Below, one piece after another: positions 51,749 to 64,000 of a stretch of 64,000 bases of DNA (position 1 is its first letter; each line of letters starts with the position of its first letter). Source of the stretch: Lama guanicoe. Lineage: Eukaryota. The stretch is taken from positions 15,678,373 to 15,742,372 of the forward strand of contig MU053881.1 in the NCBI GenBank assembly GCA_013239625.1, in the 5' to 3' direction. The notes under the pieces are model-generated. The model was not told the DNA's origin and searched no databases. It worked only from the letters and a program-made list of their open reading frames with translations. Both the position numbers and the translations under genes were made by a program.

Positions 51749-54700
51749 AGAGGGCAGAGGGCTCCCTAATCTTTGACACCAGATTCATTCATTAAGTTTT
51801 CCAGTTGACATATATTTATTGAGCGCCTATTATACGTAGGCAATGGGGAGACAATGTTTTCTGAGACCCCCGGCTTGGCTTCTGGTTGGAAAATAGGCGA
51901 GGAAACCGACGAGAAAACTGGTATGAGAACACAAGATGCCGAGGGCCCAAAGGGCAGTCTCCATTCTGCCTTGGGGATCAGGGAAGGTTTCCCAGAGGAG
52001 GGGACGTTTCAGCTGAGTGCGAAAGAGAAAGCAGCTTTTACAGGAGAAGAGAGAGGAAGAGATGTTTCTGGCAGTGGGAACAGTTAGCGCGTGAAAAGCC
52101 TTCAGGCGAGGAGTGTCAGAGGAACTAAAGACATCTAGGGAAGTCCAGTCTGGAGGAGGATGCAAGAGGAGAAGGGAAGATCGGGAGCCAATCACCATGC
52201 AAGAAGTGCCTTGTGGGCAGAGCTTTCGATGTGCGCCCTCTCATTGGCTGCCAGCTGTCGTGTGAAGGACGGCCATAGCGATTACACCCGCCGTGGTCCA
52301 ATCAGCGGCGGCCACCGGGGCGTGGTCGGGGCGGAGCTGCATCATCGAGGTCCAGAGAGGGAGGGAACCGGCCTTGAGTGACTTGCAGTCGCTGGAGGAA
52401 GGCGGGGATTGGAGGGGACCGAGATGAGTCCCAACCCGGTTTCCCACCTCCGTCCAGATCTGGACCCCCAGGCTACGCCGCGTCCTCACATCCAGACCCG
52501 AACTAAGTCAAATGGTCGCCATTGTATCCGCATCTCCGGTCCCACTAATGACGCTGCCGTGAAACACAGGCTGAGGACAACACAGGGGTCAAGGGTGCAG
52601 ACCCCAAGTCTGGTGGAGTCCAAATCCCAGCTGTGTCCTCCAGCTCTTTGATCCCTCTGTGCCTCTGTTTCCCCATTACTTGAACCCGCATCATAACAGC
52701 CCCGCCTATTAGGGACGGCATTGGGATTAAACAAATTAAAACACACGGAACAGGAACCAGCCCCTGCACGTGCTAAGCGCTCACCCGTAATTTATCATTT
52801 TGCTCTGGAAATTGGCCACAGGCAGCTCTCCAGAGTAGAGAGCTGGAGGCGATCTACCTGGGTTCCTCCCAGGGAGAGCACTGCAAATCCAGGCCTGTTT
52901 CCAGGTGCATATATATTTTTTTAAGTCCAATAAAGTTGACATAATTAAACATCAATTCATTTGGACTTTGCAGTTCCCCTTTTACATTCTGGAGCCATAG
53001 TGTGTATGCATGTGGGTCTCAAACATTTTCATAGGGCTCTGGCATTCTTGGGACCCCAGGGCACGGTAGTGGGTGGGGGAGGCTGACACAGCCCGGCCTG
53101 ACAGTGCCGTAGTTGTAGTCCTAGAGGCATAAGAGACTGAAGCCCTGGCTTTGAACTGTGCCTCATACTGCCTGGGCAGTTTGGGCAAATGCTATGGCAT
53201 CTCTGATTGTCTTCCTACCTGTCAAAAATCACATCACTGAAGCCCCTTTGTCCAGTGTTCTCAGACCTCCCCCAGGCTGAGTGCGAGTCCATGGGATCTC
53301 CAGCCAGTCTCGGGTAGGGAAGCAGGACACGGAGGGGTGGCATGAATGAGGGTGCAGCTAGGAGTTGGGGCACGTCAAGGGGCTTGGCTAGGGCAGTGGT
53401 GACAGCAAGGGCCTGGAGGCTGGAGAGGAGAGGCTGGGGATTTGGGGGGCCCTCTGCCAAGCTGGACCCAGACCCAGTGGTGGACGACCCTCACAAGCTC
53501 TTGGAATTCTCACTTTGGGCATAGAACCACATCCGCTCCCAGAGTCACTTCTTCATGCCTCAGTTTTCTTCATCTGTAAAATGGAAATAATTGTACACAT
53601 CTGGGGAGATGTAAGGTAAACAAGAAAAGCTCAAAAATTGTTGAGAGGGAGCCCTCACTTTTTTTTAAACTATCATTTTAGGGGGTTTGAGAGTGTAGTG
53701 GTTAAGGGCCCAAGCTGGACTGCTGGGATCTGCCACTTACCTGCAATGTGACCTTGGGTATATGACTTAAAATTTTCGTTCTCAGTTTCTTGCCTATAAA
53801 ATTAATTATGGGGATTAAACGAGTGAATATTTGTAGAGTTATGCGCAGCGCCTGGCACACTGCAGGCACTTGCTAAATAAATTAACTCCCCTCTAGATGG
53901 TCCCTGGCTCTAGGTGATCCCCAGCCTTAGGATCGCCCATTGGCCCAGCGCTACCCCCTGCTGGTCACTCTGGGGACTTTGGGTTGAGCCCCGCCTCTGA
54001 GGCCGGAGCCCAACCGGCCACCTCATCTGAATCAGCCGCATTTCTTTGCCCCCTCGAGGCCTCATCATCTTGAACAATCCAATCGCTCTCTTTTATTATC
54101 AACCCTCCCCAGGCCAGTCCAATCCCTTCACTTCCTCTAGTTAGTCTCGCCCTACAGCGTTGTAGGTCAGGGCTGGGAACTCAAAAGGAATCAGCGCTGA
54201 CCTTGTCCCATTGGTTCTCTAGGAAAAAAGGGTTTTTTTTGTTTTAATTTCCATGTTAAAGGAGATAAACCAAGATTGCCCTCATCAATTTCTCTTAGTC
54301 ACTGCCAGCCTGAGAGCCACAAGTAGGTCCATTGGAAGGTCCAGCCTCAGAACATTTGCACTTGTGCTCTCTGCTAGGAACTCCCTTCATCCAAGTCCCA
54401 TCATGCTTGGCGAGACCTCCTCACTCTTAAGCTTCCCCTCTTCCAGGAAGTCTTTCCCAACATCCCAATCTGACCCCCTTTCCCCCTTAGTCATCTCCCT
54501 TACTTTGTCCCAGCTTTTACCTTAGAGATTGGGTTCTGTTGCCCCACATCCTCCTCCCAGACTCCAGGTAGGACCCCAACCTTGGACGTTGCATGGAAAT
54601 GCCTGTGGATCCAGGCTGTGTTTGTTGAGGGAGTAAATGACTGCGTGAAGATCTGTGTTGCAGAAACAGCCTATTGTAAGAGTTGGTCCAGCCTCACTTC

Positions 54701-56640
54701 ATATCCCAGCCTTGTCTCCCCAGTCTCTCAGTCTTCCTATCCATAAAATGAGCAGAGTATTGCACCCATCTCAGGTTGCAGACGATTAAGAGAAATAGCA
54801 TATGGCAGGCACATAGCACATTGCCAAGTACACTGTAGGCCTTCAGGAATCACGTAAGTACTCTTCCCTCCAGTTATGAGAACCTCAGGCACAGGATTCA
54901 TGTCCTACTTCGTCTGCTTCAGTACTCTCCCATCCCCCACCCTGCCCTAGTACCCAGGGCAAGGTCATTGACAACAGAACTGTCGGTGAGGTGGGGAGAA
55001 GATGAGAGTGTCCCAAGGACTCTGAATTCCATGTTCCCCACACATACCATTGCTTGCTATTCTGATAACAGGGACTGGAGTCAGAGATAGATAGACATGT
55101 GGAGGATGGACCCCTGGGTTTGATGTCTTGATTTTGGTCCTGGAAGCCAGGTGGCCCTTTACCGTCTGTCTACACTCTGGCCCCAAGTGGCTATACCCCA
55201 TCTCATGTTGATGTCTATCCTGTTTGTATCACCAGCCCAACCTCTCCCCTGAGCTCCAACTCAAATGTGCAACTGTACTGGGTATTCTTATTGGGTGCCT
55301 TGTGAGCATCTCACATTTAGCAAGTTTCCCACCCTGAGATCTGCTTCTCCATCAGCATGGTGGAAGGCTCCGCCATCACCCAGCTGGCCAGGCCCCAAAC
55401 TCTGGACCATTCTTGTCACATTCTTGACTCCACGTGTCCAGTCCATTTGTTGGTCCTCTAGGCTCAGACTCCAGAATGAACCCAAACCTCCCCAATACTC
55501 CCATGAGCCCAGCAATCTCATGTCTGGATGCTGCCCTGGACTTCTGCCACCTATACTCCTGCCCTGACCATCCCTGCTCTCCTAGGCAGTATCAGAGGGA
55601 TTCTTAAAATTATAAATCAGATCATGTCCTTCCTCAGCTCAAAGCCTTCCCATGGCTGCCCACTGGCCTTTGAGTTAAGCCCACAATCCTCCTTGTGGCC
55701 AGGAGACCTCACAGGGACTGTACTCCAGCCCACAATCTCCTCCCTCCCTCCCTTCCTCTGACTTGTACTGACTCATTCACACTTATGGAATACCTATTGT
55801 GTGCTGACATCATTCTCAGCACAGGGTGGGTAGGTGGCCACCTCACTGACCATTGAAGTTGGGGCATCAGAGAGGGGTCTAGGGTTGTGGGGTTCATGGG
55901 TGAGGAAGGGACCTCCGTAGCTACAAGATGCTCATGGAGCCTTGGGTCCTGCTGGACCTATGTCCAGCCCCACAGGATCCCATCTCTCCCTCTCATTCAC
56001 AGTTTCCCTCTCTTAGTGTCTTTCTCTGTATCTCAGACCCCTCTCGATATCCTTCAGTCTCCTCACAGCCCCCGATCATCTCCCCTCTCTCTCACTCTGC
56101 TTGCGCCACACCAGCCTCCTTGATATTCCTCCAACCAACCAGACACAATCTCACCTCAGGGCCTTTGCACCTGCTCTGCCCTCTGTCTTGAATGCCCCTC
56201 CCCCAGATCTCCCCATGCCTGGCTACTTCTCCTCCCTTGGGTCTCAGCTCATGGCTTGCCTCTTCCAGGACTCTCTCAGTGACCCTCTCCTCCACCATTT
56301 CTCTCTATCGTGGGACCCATCCTGTTTTCCTCATAATTTTCTTTGATTTTCTCTGTGCATGCTTATTTGTTTCCAACTCTCATGCTAGGGACCATGTCAC
56401 TTGTTGGAACCTGTTGACGGTAGTAGTTCCCAGCATCCAGATGGTGCCAACAAATGTTTTGCAGAACAAATTGATTGACAGCTGATTCATATCTGTCTCC
56501 TCCATGGAGCTTCAGACAGTGTCAGAAATATGAGATGTATCCACTAAGGACTGGGAATTTATTTGAAAACCAAGCAGTGTGACCCTGAGTTGGGGCTTTA
56601 GAAGAAGCTCCATTTATTCCTCATTAAACAGCTGAGCTCA

Positions 56641-56766
56641 GGTGGGGAAGGTATAGCTCGGTGGTAGAGCTCATGCTTAGTATGCACGAGGTCCTGGGTT
56701 CAATGCCCAGTACCTCTATTAAATAAATAAACAAACCTAAATTACCTCCCCCACTCCCCCCAAAAA
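56641..56766 (+). mobile_element. tRNA-derived SINE (Vic-1-like)
   Basis: ggggaaggtatagctcggtggtagag..gggttcaat. Confidence 0.85.
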
Positions 56767-56912
56767 AGCTGAGCTTAGCAGATGCTGTGGAGGAGGAACT
56801 TTCTCATTCAAAGCCCAAAAGTATCCATAACTGCTTTTGGCACAGGGAATTTGCAAGTTTTAATAAGAGCAGGGCCCCTGGGGATGGCCAGGAACTCAGA
56901 TGACAGGGAGGG

Positions 56913-56913
<1 letters not shown>

Positions 56914-56943
<30 letters not shown>
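56914..56943. repeat. (TG)n microsatellite
   Basis: Seen directly. Confidence 0.95.
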
Positions 56944-56944
<1 letters not shown>

Positions 56945-57379
56945 TGTTTTTCACCAGTCTGTGCACTGTCTCGCATCATCCCTCTTTGAGTAATTTTTCT
57001 CTGAGGATGTCATAGGATGGTGGAGAGAATGAGACATCAGAAGCCAAGAGAGAAGAGAGACAGAAAGAGAGAGAGTCTGAGAGTTTGCAAAAGACGTGTA
57101 TGGAGATGCATAGTGAGGAGAGTCAGGGAAAGAGGGAACTTCAGAGGAGAGAGAGCAAGAGGAAGACAGCATGGCGTAATTAAATGGAGGGATGAGATAG
57201 CTCAAATAAATAGCTTTGGAATGAGCCAAGCTGTTGGTGGAGCAAAATGGGACACTGGGGCTGAAAATTAATTGGATCTGAGTGATCAATTTATCAGGGA
57301 CTTTGGCAGAAGGAAGGAAATGGGGTGCGAATAAGAGAGAGATAGAACAAGAGAGACCAATGATATCAAATATATTGAG

Positions 57380-60300
57380 AGAATGTAATTCACACGAACG
57401 GATTAAAGGTGAAAAGTTACAGAGTTGTCCCAATTGATGCAGGAAGTGCATTTGCTAAAATTCACCACTCGTTCATGATAAAAGAAAAACATGTTAACCA
57501 CTGAAAATAAAAGTGGACCTCCTTCACTTGATTTTCTATTAAAAACCTACAGCAGATACATTTAATGGTGAATGTTGAAATGTTTTCTTTAAGATGAGGA
57601 ACAAGGCAAGAATTCCTGTTACCATGGTGTCTGAGATTATACTGAAGTCCCTGGCTTGTGCTGTAGGGTAGGAAAAAGAAATGAAAGGCCAACATACTGG
57701 AAAGAAAGAAATGAAAATGTTTTCATTTACAGATGGCATTGTGTACAGTGGAAACCCTGATGAATCTGCAGCTCTAATGATTGGATTTACGAAAGGTCAA
57801 GAGAGCTTGTTAGATGCTAGAACCAATTGTATTTTACACTCCTGCAACTAACAGGTAAAAAATGCAATCTGAAAAGACCATTTATTCATAGCATCAAACA
57901 TACAAAGCATCTAGAAATAAATCTAAAAAACAAAGACTTGCAAGATTTATGGAGTGGGGGAGGGTATAGCTCAGTAGTAGAGTGCTTGCTTGGCATGCAC
58001 GAGGTCCTGGGTTCAATCCTCAGTACCTCCATTAAAGAAATAAATAAATAAACCTAACTACCTCCTGCTCCCTCCAAAAAAAACAAGATATATGGAGAAA
58101 ACTATCAGCTTCATTTGTCAAAAACAAATAAATGGAGAGGTTCATTGTATTCACACTCTGGAAGAGTCAAAATAAGAAAAGATGTTGGTTTTCCCTCTCT
58201 TTGGTTTATAGGTTCAAAGCAATTCCAATCAAAGTCCCAACAGGGTTTCTCAGTGGAACTCAACAACCTGAGAAAAAAATGAAGAATAACCCAGATATTC
58301 CTGAAGATGAGAGAGGGGGCTCATAATAATAATAATTAGCAAGGACTGGTATAAAAGGATAGATGGTCTCAGGCCAGAAGAGAGAGCCAGAACAAATCCT
58401 CAAGTAGGACAGAAATCCTGCAGTACAGCCTACATTATGGTTGGTCTGTGTCCACTATTAAGTCCACACATGTACAAAAACTTGCTTTGTGGCAGTTTCA
58501 TTAAAGGTTGTTGGGATGATTGACTATCCACATGGAAGAAGTATGTAATTGGACTTTATCTCACTCCACACTCCCAAATCAGTTCCTCCAAGAGAGGTCG
58601 ACTTGACTATAAATGATTAAAGTCTAAAAATGTAGAAGATGCTATGAGAATATATGATGCTGGAGCAGGAAATAATTCCTTAAACAAGACACGGTGGGCA
58701 TTCATCACAAGAAAAAAATCTGTAACTATGTATGGTAATGGATGTTAACCAGACTTACTATGGTGAAAGTTTCAAAATATATACAAATATCAAATCATTA
58801 TGTTGTGCACCTGAAACTAATAGAATGTTGCATGTCAATTATGCCTCAAAAAATAAAAGGCCACAGTGTGCGTACTGCAAACTGATTGATCAAGTTGAAG
58901 AACTTAAAATTAAATTAATAGATACGGAAAGCAGATTAGTTGTTGCTGGGGCAGTGGTGAGGAGGAATGAGGAGTGACTACTAATGGGGATAGTGTTTTC
59001 TTTTGCGGTGGTGGAAATGTTTAAAGATAGAAGTGGTGGTTGTACAACCCTGTGAATATACTAAATGTCACCAAATTGCACACTTTAAAATATATAAATG
59101 GTAAATTTTGTTATATGTGTTTTCAGCAATAAGAAAAAGGAATTTAAAATTAAGAGCTTCTCAGAAACTCCTGCTCAGGAGGTGAATTTCCTCCCCATGA
59201 GGGTGGGCTGGGCTTAGTGATTTGCTTACAAACAACACAGAAGGGAAAGGGAAAAATAATAACTTGACATGGATAAACTTGGGAGACAGCACCTTACTCA
59301 GGTCATCAAAATTAACATCCTCTGTGATGTCACATGGACATCAGGGACCTCTAGTATGAGGAGGAGGGAACCTCATCTCTGCGATCTTCCTCCCAAGCCC
59401 CATAACCCCAGCCTAATAATGAGAAAACATCAGATAAACCCAAATCAAGTGATTTTCTACAAAATACCTAGCTGGTACTCTTCAAAAGTATCAAGATTGT
59501 GAAAATCAAGGAAAGATTAAGAAACTCACAGAGAAGGAGACCAAGGAGATAAGATAATTAAATACAATACAGGATCCTGGATTGGATCCTGGACTAGAAA
59601 GAAAATGTTAGTGGGAAAACTGGAGAAATATAAAGTCTGCAATTTAAGTAATAGTAAGGGCCAATGTTAGTGTTTTAATTTTGACATATGTACCCTGTAA
59701 CCATGTGTAAGATGTTAACATTAGGGGAAGCCTAGTGAAGGATAGATATATAAGAATGCTTTCTGCCTTTTATAACTCTGTACCTCTGTAACTTTTTTGT
59801 ACATCTAAAATTTTTCCAAAATAAAAGTTTTTTTTTAATTAAGCACTTCTGGTATGGAGATTCCTCAAAAAACTGAAAATAGACTTATCATATGATCCAG
59901 CAATTCCACTTTTGGATATATAGCCACAGGGAACTTAAATGCAAAAAAATACAGGCATCCCAATGTTCATAGCAGCACTATATAATAGCTAAGTCATGGA
60001 AGCAACCTAAGTGTCCATTGGCAGATGACTGGATAAAGATTTTGTGGTATATTTACACAATGGAATACTATTCTGCCATAAAAGGAATAAAATAATGCCA
60101 TTTGCAGCAACATGGATGGACCTGGAGAATGTCATTCTAAGTGAAAAAAGCCAGAAAGAGAAAGAAAAATACTACATGATATCACTTATACGTGGAAGCT
60201 AAAAAAAAAAAAGGACACTATGAATTCATCTATAAAACAGAAACAGACTCACAGACTTAGTAAATAAACATGGTTACCCAGGAAATGGGGTGGGAAGGGA

Positions 60301-61450
60301 TAAATTTGGTAGTTTGATATTTACAAGTGTTAGCCACTATACAGAAAAATATATTTTAAAAAACTTCTTCTTTATAGCACAGGGAACTATGTTCAATATC
60401 TTGTAATAACCTCTAATGGAAAAAACATGTAAACAAATATATGCATGACTGGGATATTGTGCTGTACACCAGAGACTGACACATTGTAACTGATTGTACT
60501 TCAATTTTTAAAAATGAATAAATAAAATTAAGCACTTTTGTTCAGAGAATGACACCATGAATAGATTGAAAACAAACCACAAAATTGGAGATTTTTACAA
60601 CACATGAAACCAACAAAGGGTTTGTATCTAACATGGATAAATAGCTATATAAATCAATAGAAAAAGACAGTCACATTGTTCAAAAATGGATAAAAGACTA
60701 AAAGGCACTTCACCCTAAGAAGAAACCTAAAAATTACATAAAGTGTTCCATCTCATGAGCAATCAGGAAGCTAATCAAAACCAAAACCAAAAATACCCTC
60801 TCCCCTTTGGCACAATTCAAAAACCTGGAAAATTCAAAGTATTGGCAAGGAAATGGAGCAGCTGAATGCTTATGTAAATTGCTGAGGCCAAGTCAAAAAA
60901 ACAGTTGATATAATTTCATGGAGCTGAGCATGTAGGTGTCCTATGATCCAGTCATTACTACTCATGTATATTAGCCTGTATTTCTTAGAATGGTTATAAA
61001 AGCCTTGTTTATAATTCCTGAATGGAAACAATTATAAAGTCCGCCAACTGGAAAATAAATAATCAAATATGTACTAATTCAAAGGAACACTATACAGCAG
61101 TGAAAAATACATGCATTACAGCTAACCACAGAAACTCCGATTAGTATCAGTAGAATCATGTTGAGCAAACAAAACAAGTTAAAAGAATGTGAAGGTTTTA
61201 TTCTAGATTATGTAAAGTTCAAAACCACACAAAACTAAACAATGTTTTGTTTGCTGATAAGTATGTGGTAAAATTGTAACAAAAAGTAAGGCAATGAAAA
61301 ACAAAATTTGGGGTAGTTCTTCCTTCAGAGGGAAAGGACAATAGATTGGGAAGGGACAGTGGCCTACAGGGTGTTCCACTATGATGGCAATGTTTTTCAC
61401 TCAAGCCTGTCATCACTGCTCCTTATTCCTTACTATGGTTAATTGATAGG
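57380..61450 (+). mobile_element. Composite L1 fragments including a younger L1 3' end (about 59850-60530)
   Basis: atatgatccagcaattccact, aatgttcatagcagcac, catttgcagcaacatggatggacctggag; decayed ORF2 text. Confidence 0.8.
57953..58085 (+). mobile_element. tRNA-derived SINE (Vic-1-like)
   Basis: ggggagggtatagctcagtagtagag..gggttcaatcc. Confidence 0.85.
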
Positions 61451-62339
61451 TGATAAAAAAATTTTAAAGCAATGAAAATCACAATGGTTAACATTATACA
61501 TTACTATTCCAAGTGCTTTCAGATGTTAATTTATGTAATATCTCCTACAACTCTGTGAGGCAGGTCCTATTATCTCTGTTTTACAGATAGGGAACCTGAG
61601 GCAGAGTGGTCACATGACTTGCCCAAAGTCATGCCTGTGATTAGAGGCAGAGTTAGGTTTTGGACACAGGCCTCCCTTGTAACTAACTCCATATATGGCT
61701 TGTGTTTATGAGACTCTGCGTGTGTGCTGGGGGCAGGGGACTCTGTGGGGCTCAGCCTCTGGGACTGTTCTAGGTACTGGAGATATACAGTGAACAGGTT
61801 TGTAGGACATCAGCTCACATGGAACTGCCTGGTTAGATGTACAAGGAGGCGTAGTGAGCAGAGCTGTGTTGGGGTCAGGGCCCAACCAGAGGAAGAGTTA
61901 GGGTGTGGGGGAGTCCTGAAAGGTGGAGTAAGGATTAGGTTTGAGGGAATCAGGTAAGGCTTTCTGGATGTTCAAACTGGGCATTGATGGATGAGTAGGA
62001 GTTTGCCAGTTACACAAGGGAGTGAAGAATGGAATCCAGTTCGAGTGTGTGCAAAGATCCACAGCCTGAGTGAAACAGAGACACAGAGGGAGACCAAGAC
62101 AGGACTTTGTAGAGACAGAGAGGCTGGACATAGGCTCAGCGGGAGACACATGATCGAGAGAGACAGAGAGAGGAACAGAGAGACCCAGAGAGAGAAAGAG
62201 ACAGAGAAACAGATGCAAGGAGACAGAGATGTATAGACAGAGGAACAGAGGTATTCAGGGAGAGCAGAGACAGCAAAGGACTCAAAACTGAGAGTCAAAG
62301 GAGAGACAAAAACACGCAGAACCAGAAGGGAACCTGCCT

Positions 62340-62632
62340 GGAAATCGCCCTCTGGTCCGGGAGCCGGGACTCAGCTCCGGCCCTTTAAACTCCACCCCCA
62401 CCCCCAAGCTTGCGGCGCCCGCACCCCATCAGGCGTCGCTGGGCTCCGCCTTCCATCCACATCACTGCCACGTCAGGAGCTGTCCGCGCCCCTGGTGCTG
62501 AACCAAGATGGCCGGCGGCGGAGGCCGGGCCCCGGCGTGAACTGAACGCGGGCTGCAGCACCCGCCATGCCCCAGCCCAGCGGCCGCTAAAGCCCAACCT
62601 GACAGAGCCGGTCCGCCGGCGACCCCGGAGAC
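62340..62632 (+). promoter_or_regulatory. UNC13A: UNC13A CpG-island promoter / 5'UTR with CRE/UPRE-like ccacgtca, bipartite RE1 and YY1-like CAAGATGGC
   Basis: Motifs read directly; dense CpG 62340-62960. Confidence 0.75.
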
Positions 62633-62654
62633 ATGTCTCTACTTTGCGTTGGAG
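62633..62654 (+). CDS. UNC13A: UNC13A (Munc13-1) first coding exon MSLLCVG(V)
   Basis: ATGTCTCTACTTTGCGTTGGAG/gtagga; Munc13 C2A N-terminus; synteny head-to-head with MAP1S. Confidence 0.88.
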
Positions 62655-63877
62655 GTAGGAGGCGAGACTGCGGGGCGGGGAACCGGTGTGGACCCCGACT
62701 GGGCTCGGGGTCCGTGTGGACGCGGCTGGGCTCCTGAGGGGGTGACCCGAGTACATGCGGCTGGACTTTCGAGGGGGCAGCCCTTGTAGACGAGTCAGGG
62801 CGCCTGAGAGGGTGATCCGTGTAGACGCAGCTGGGCTCTGAGGGGGTCTTGGTTGCCGCTCCTGGGGGTCGTGTGGACACGGATGAACGCGGAGGCCCGT
62901 GTGGACGCGGGCAGGGATGTGGGACTCTGTCTGGAAACGGTCTAGACTGGGTCGTCCGTGTAGACCAAGCAATTAGGGGGGGTCTGTGTGGAAGAAGCTG
63001 AGCTGGGTAATTCGAATGAATTCTGCAGGGTACTTGGAAGGAGTCCTGTGCTGTGGGCTGGGCAGCAGACTGGGCTCGGAATTGGGAGAAGAGTGCGGGG
63101 TAGGGTGGGGGTTGTCTCCAAGCCCTGAGCGTGTAAGCTTTGGGTAGGGGGGCTTAACCGTTAGGACTACCGCGAGCTCTAGGTATCCTTCAGCCCTGGG
63201 AGTGGAGAGGACTGGGAGGGGAGCCGTGGAGACCCCTTCCAGAATTCTGAGAGGGCTGGGATTCTAGGGTCTGGGGGAGCTTTTCTGGTTGACTCTTTGG
63301 CTTCCCTAGTAGGGGCTGGGGGAATCGCCTGAGGGCCTTCCCCTCTCCGCCCGCTCTTGCCCCTCGGAACGCATATCTGGGCTTCTCCGTAGGGAGCCGA
63401 CCCCTTGAAGGTGCAGTTCCCCCCTGCACCCCTCATGGCCAATCTCACCTCACCCACATTGCGCTGTAGAGAGGGAGGAAGAGGTGGGGTGGAGCTATTT
63501 TGGGGCCAGAACGCCATCTGCACCGAGGCCCACGCCCAGACCCACGCTCTGCGTTGGGGTGAGGGGAGGGAGAGAGATGCGGGAGGGGCATGACCGCCCC
63601 CCCCCACCACGCACCTTTGAAGCAGGGTTATGGAGAATCCAGCCCACCTGGATCAAGGCGTCTGGGGGCAACTCTGAGTTCTCAGCAGGGTGCTGTGGCA
63701 GCTGGGGTGGTGGTGAACCGGGGCTCAGGGCTTACAGAGGTCTCAAACTTGAGTTTTAAGGATTGGGGTCCGCCTCTCTCACCTCTACTCCCTTCAAAAA
63801 GGCTGGGGTGGGGGAGAGGTGTGTTGGCCAAGCCTGAGATGGCCGGCTTCAGGAGACCTCAGGCAGCCTAGAGTATA

Positions 63878-63880
<3 letters not shown>

Positions 63881-63973
<93 letters not shown>

Positions 63974-64000
63974 GAGAGAGACAGAGAGAGAGACAGAGAG
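63881..64000. repeat. Compound (TG)n(AG)n microsatellite in UNC13A intron 1
   Basis: Seen directly. Confidence 0.95.

Noticed and set aside
62385..62972. 195-aa minus-strand ORF at the UNC13A promoter
   Set aside because: Arises from the GC-rich degenerate minisatellite and CpG island
1..64000. Prokaryotic systems (CRISPR arrays, operons, defence islands)
   Set aside because: The sequence is intron-containing mammalian DNA; no repeat-spacer array was seen

Overview
Mammalian genomic DNA, probably a camelid: it carries many short tRNA-derived SINEs resembling the camelid Vic-1 family. Gene order matches the human 19p13.11 UNC13A-MAP1S-FCHO1 block, in reverse orientation. Minus strand: the 5' part of FCHO1 (eight F-BAR coding exons, 1-9874, plus candidate non-coding first exons and promoters near 12.3, 15.5 and 19.5 kb) and the complete MAP1S gene (7 exons, ATG 45550, stop 24301, 1064 codons). 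Plus strand: the promoter and first coding exon of UNC13A (ATG 62633). MAP1S intron 5 is about 12.9 kb and holds a nested stack of elements: a split MER33-like DNA transposon, an L1 ORF2 fragment and a split MER68-like LTR. Inside that LTR sits a two-LTR class III (ERV-L-like) provirus with MER21-type LTRs (29185-37939). It has a 5-bp TSD, a tRNA-Leu PBS, decayed gag/pro/RT/RNaseH/IN/dUTPase and a PPT. The most interesting signal is a 1.8-kb region after pol that looks like a decayed envelope gene, which canonical ERV-L lacks: an RQKR furin site, a hydrophobic peptide, a long Cys-containing ectodomain, and a TM anchor followed by CNCC. The UNC13A leader has an expanded-spacer RE1/REST site and two uORFs. 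Repeat family names are by-eye recognition and need Dfam/RepeatMasker confirmation.
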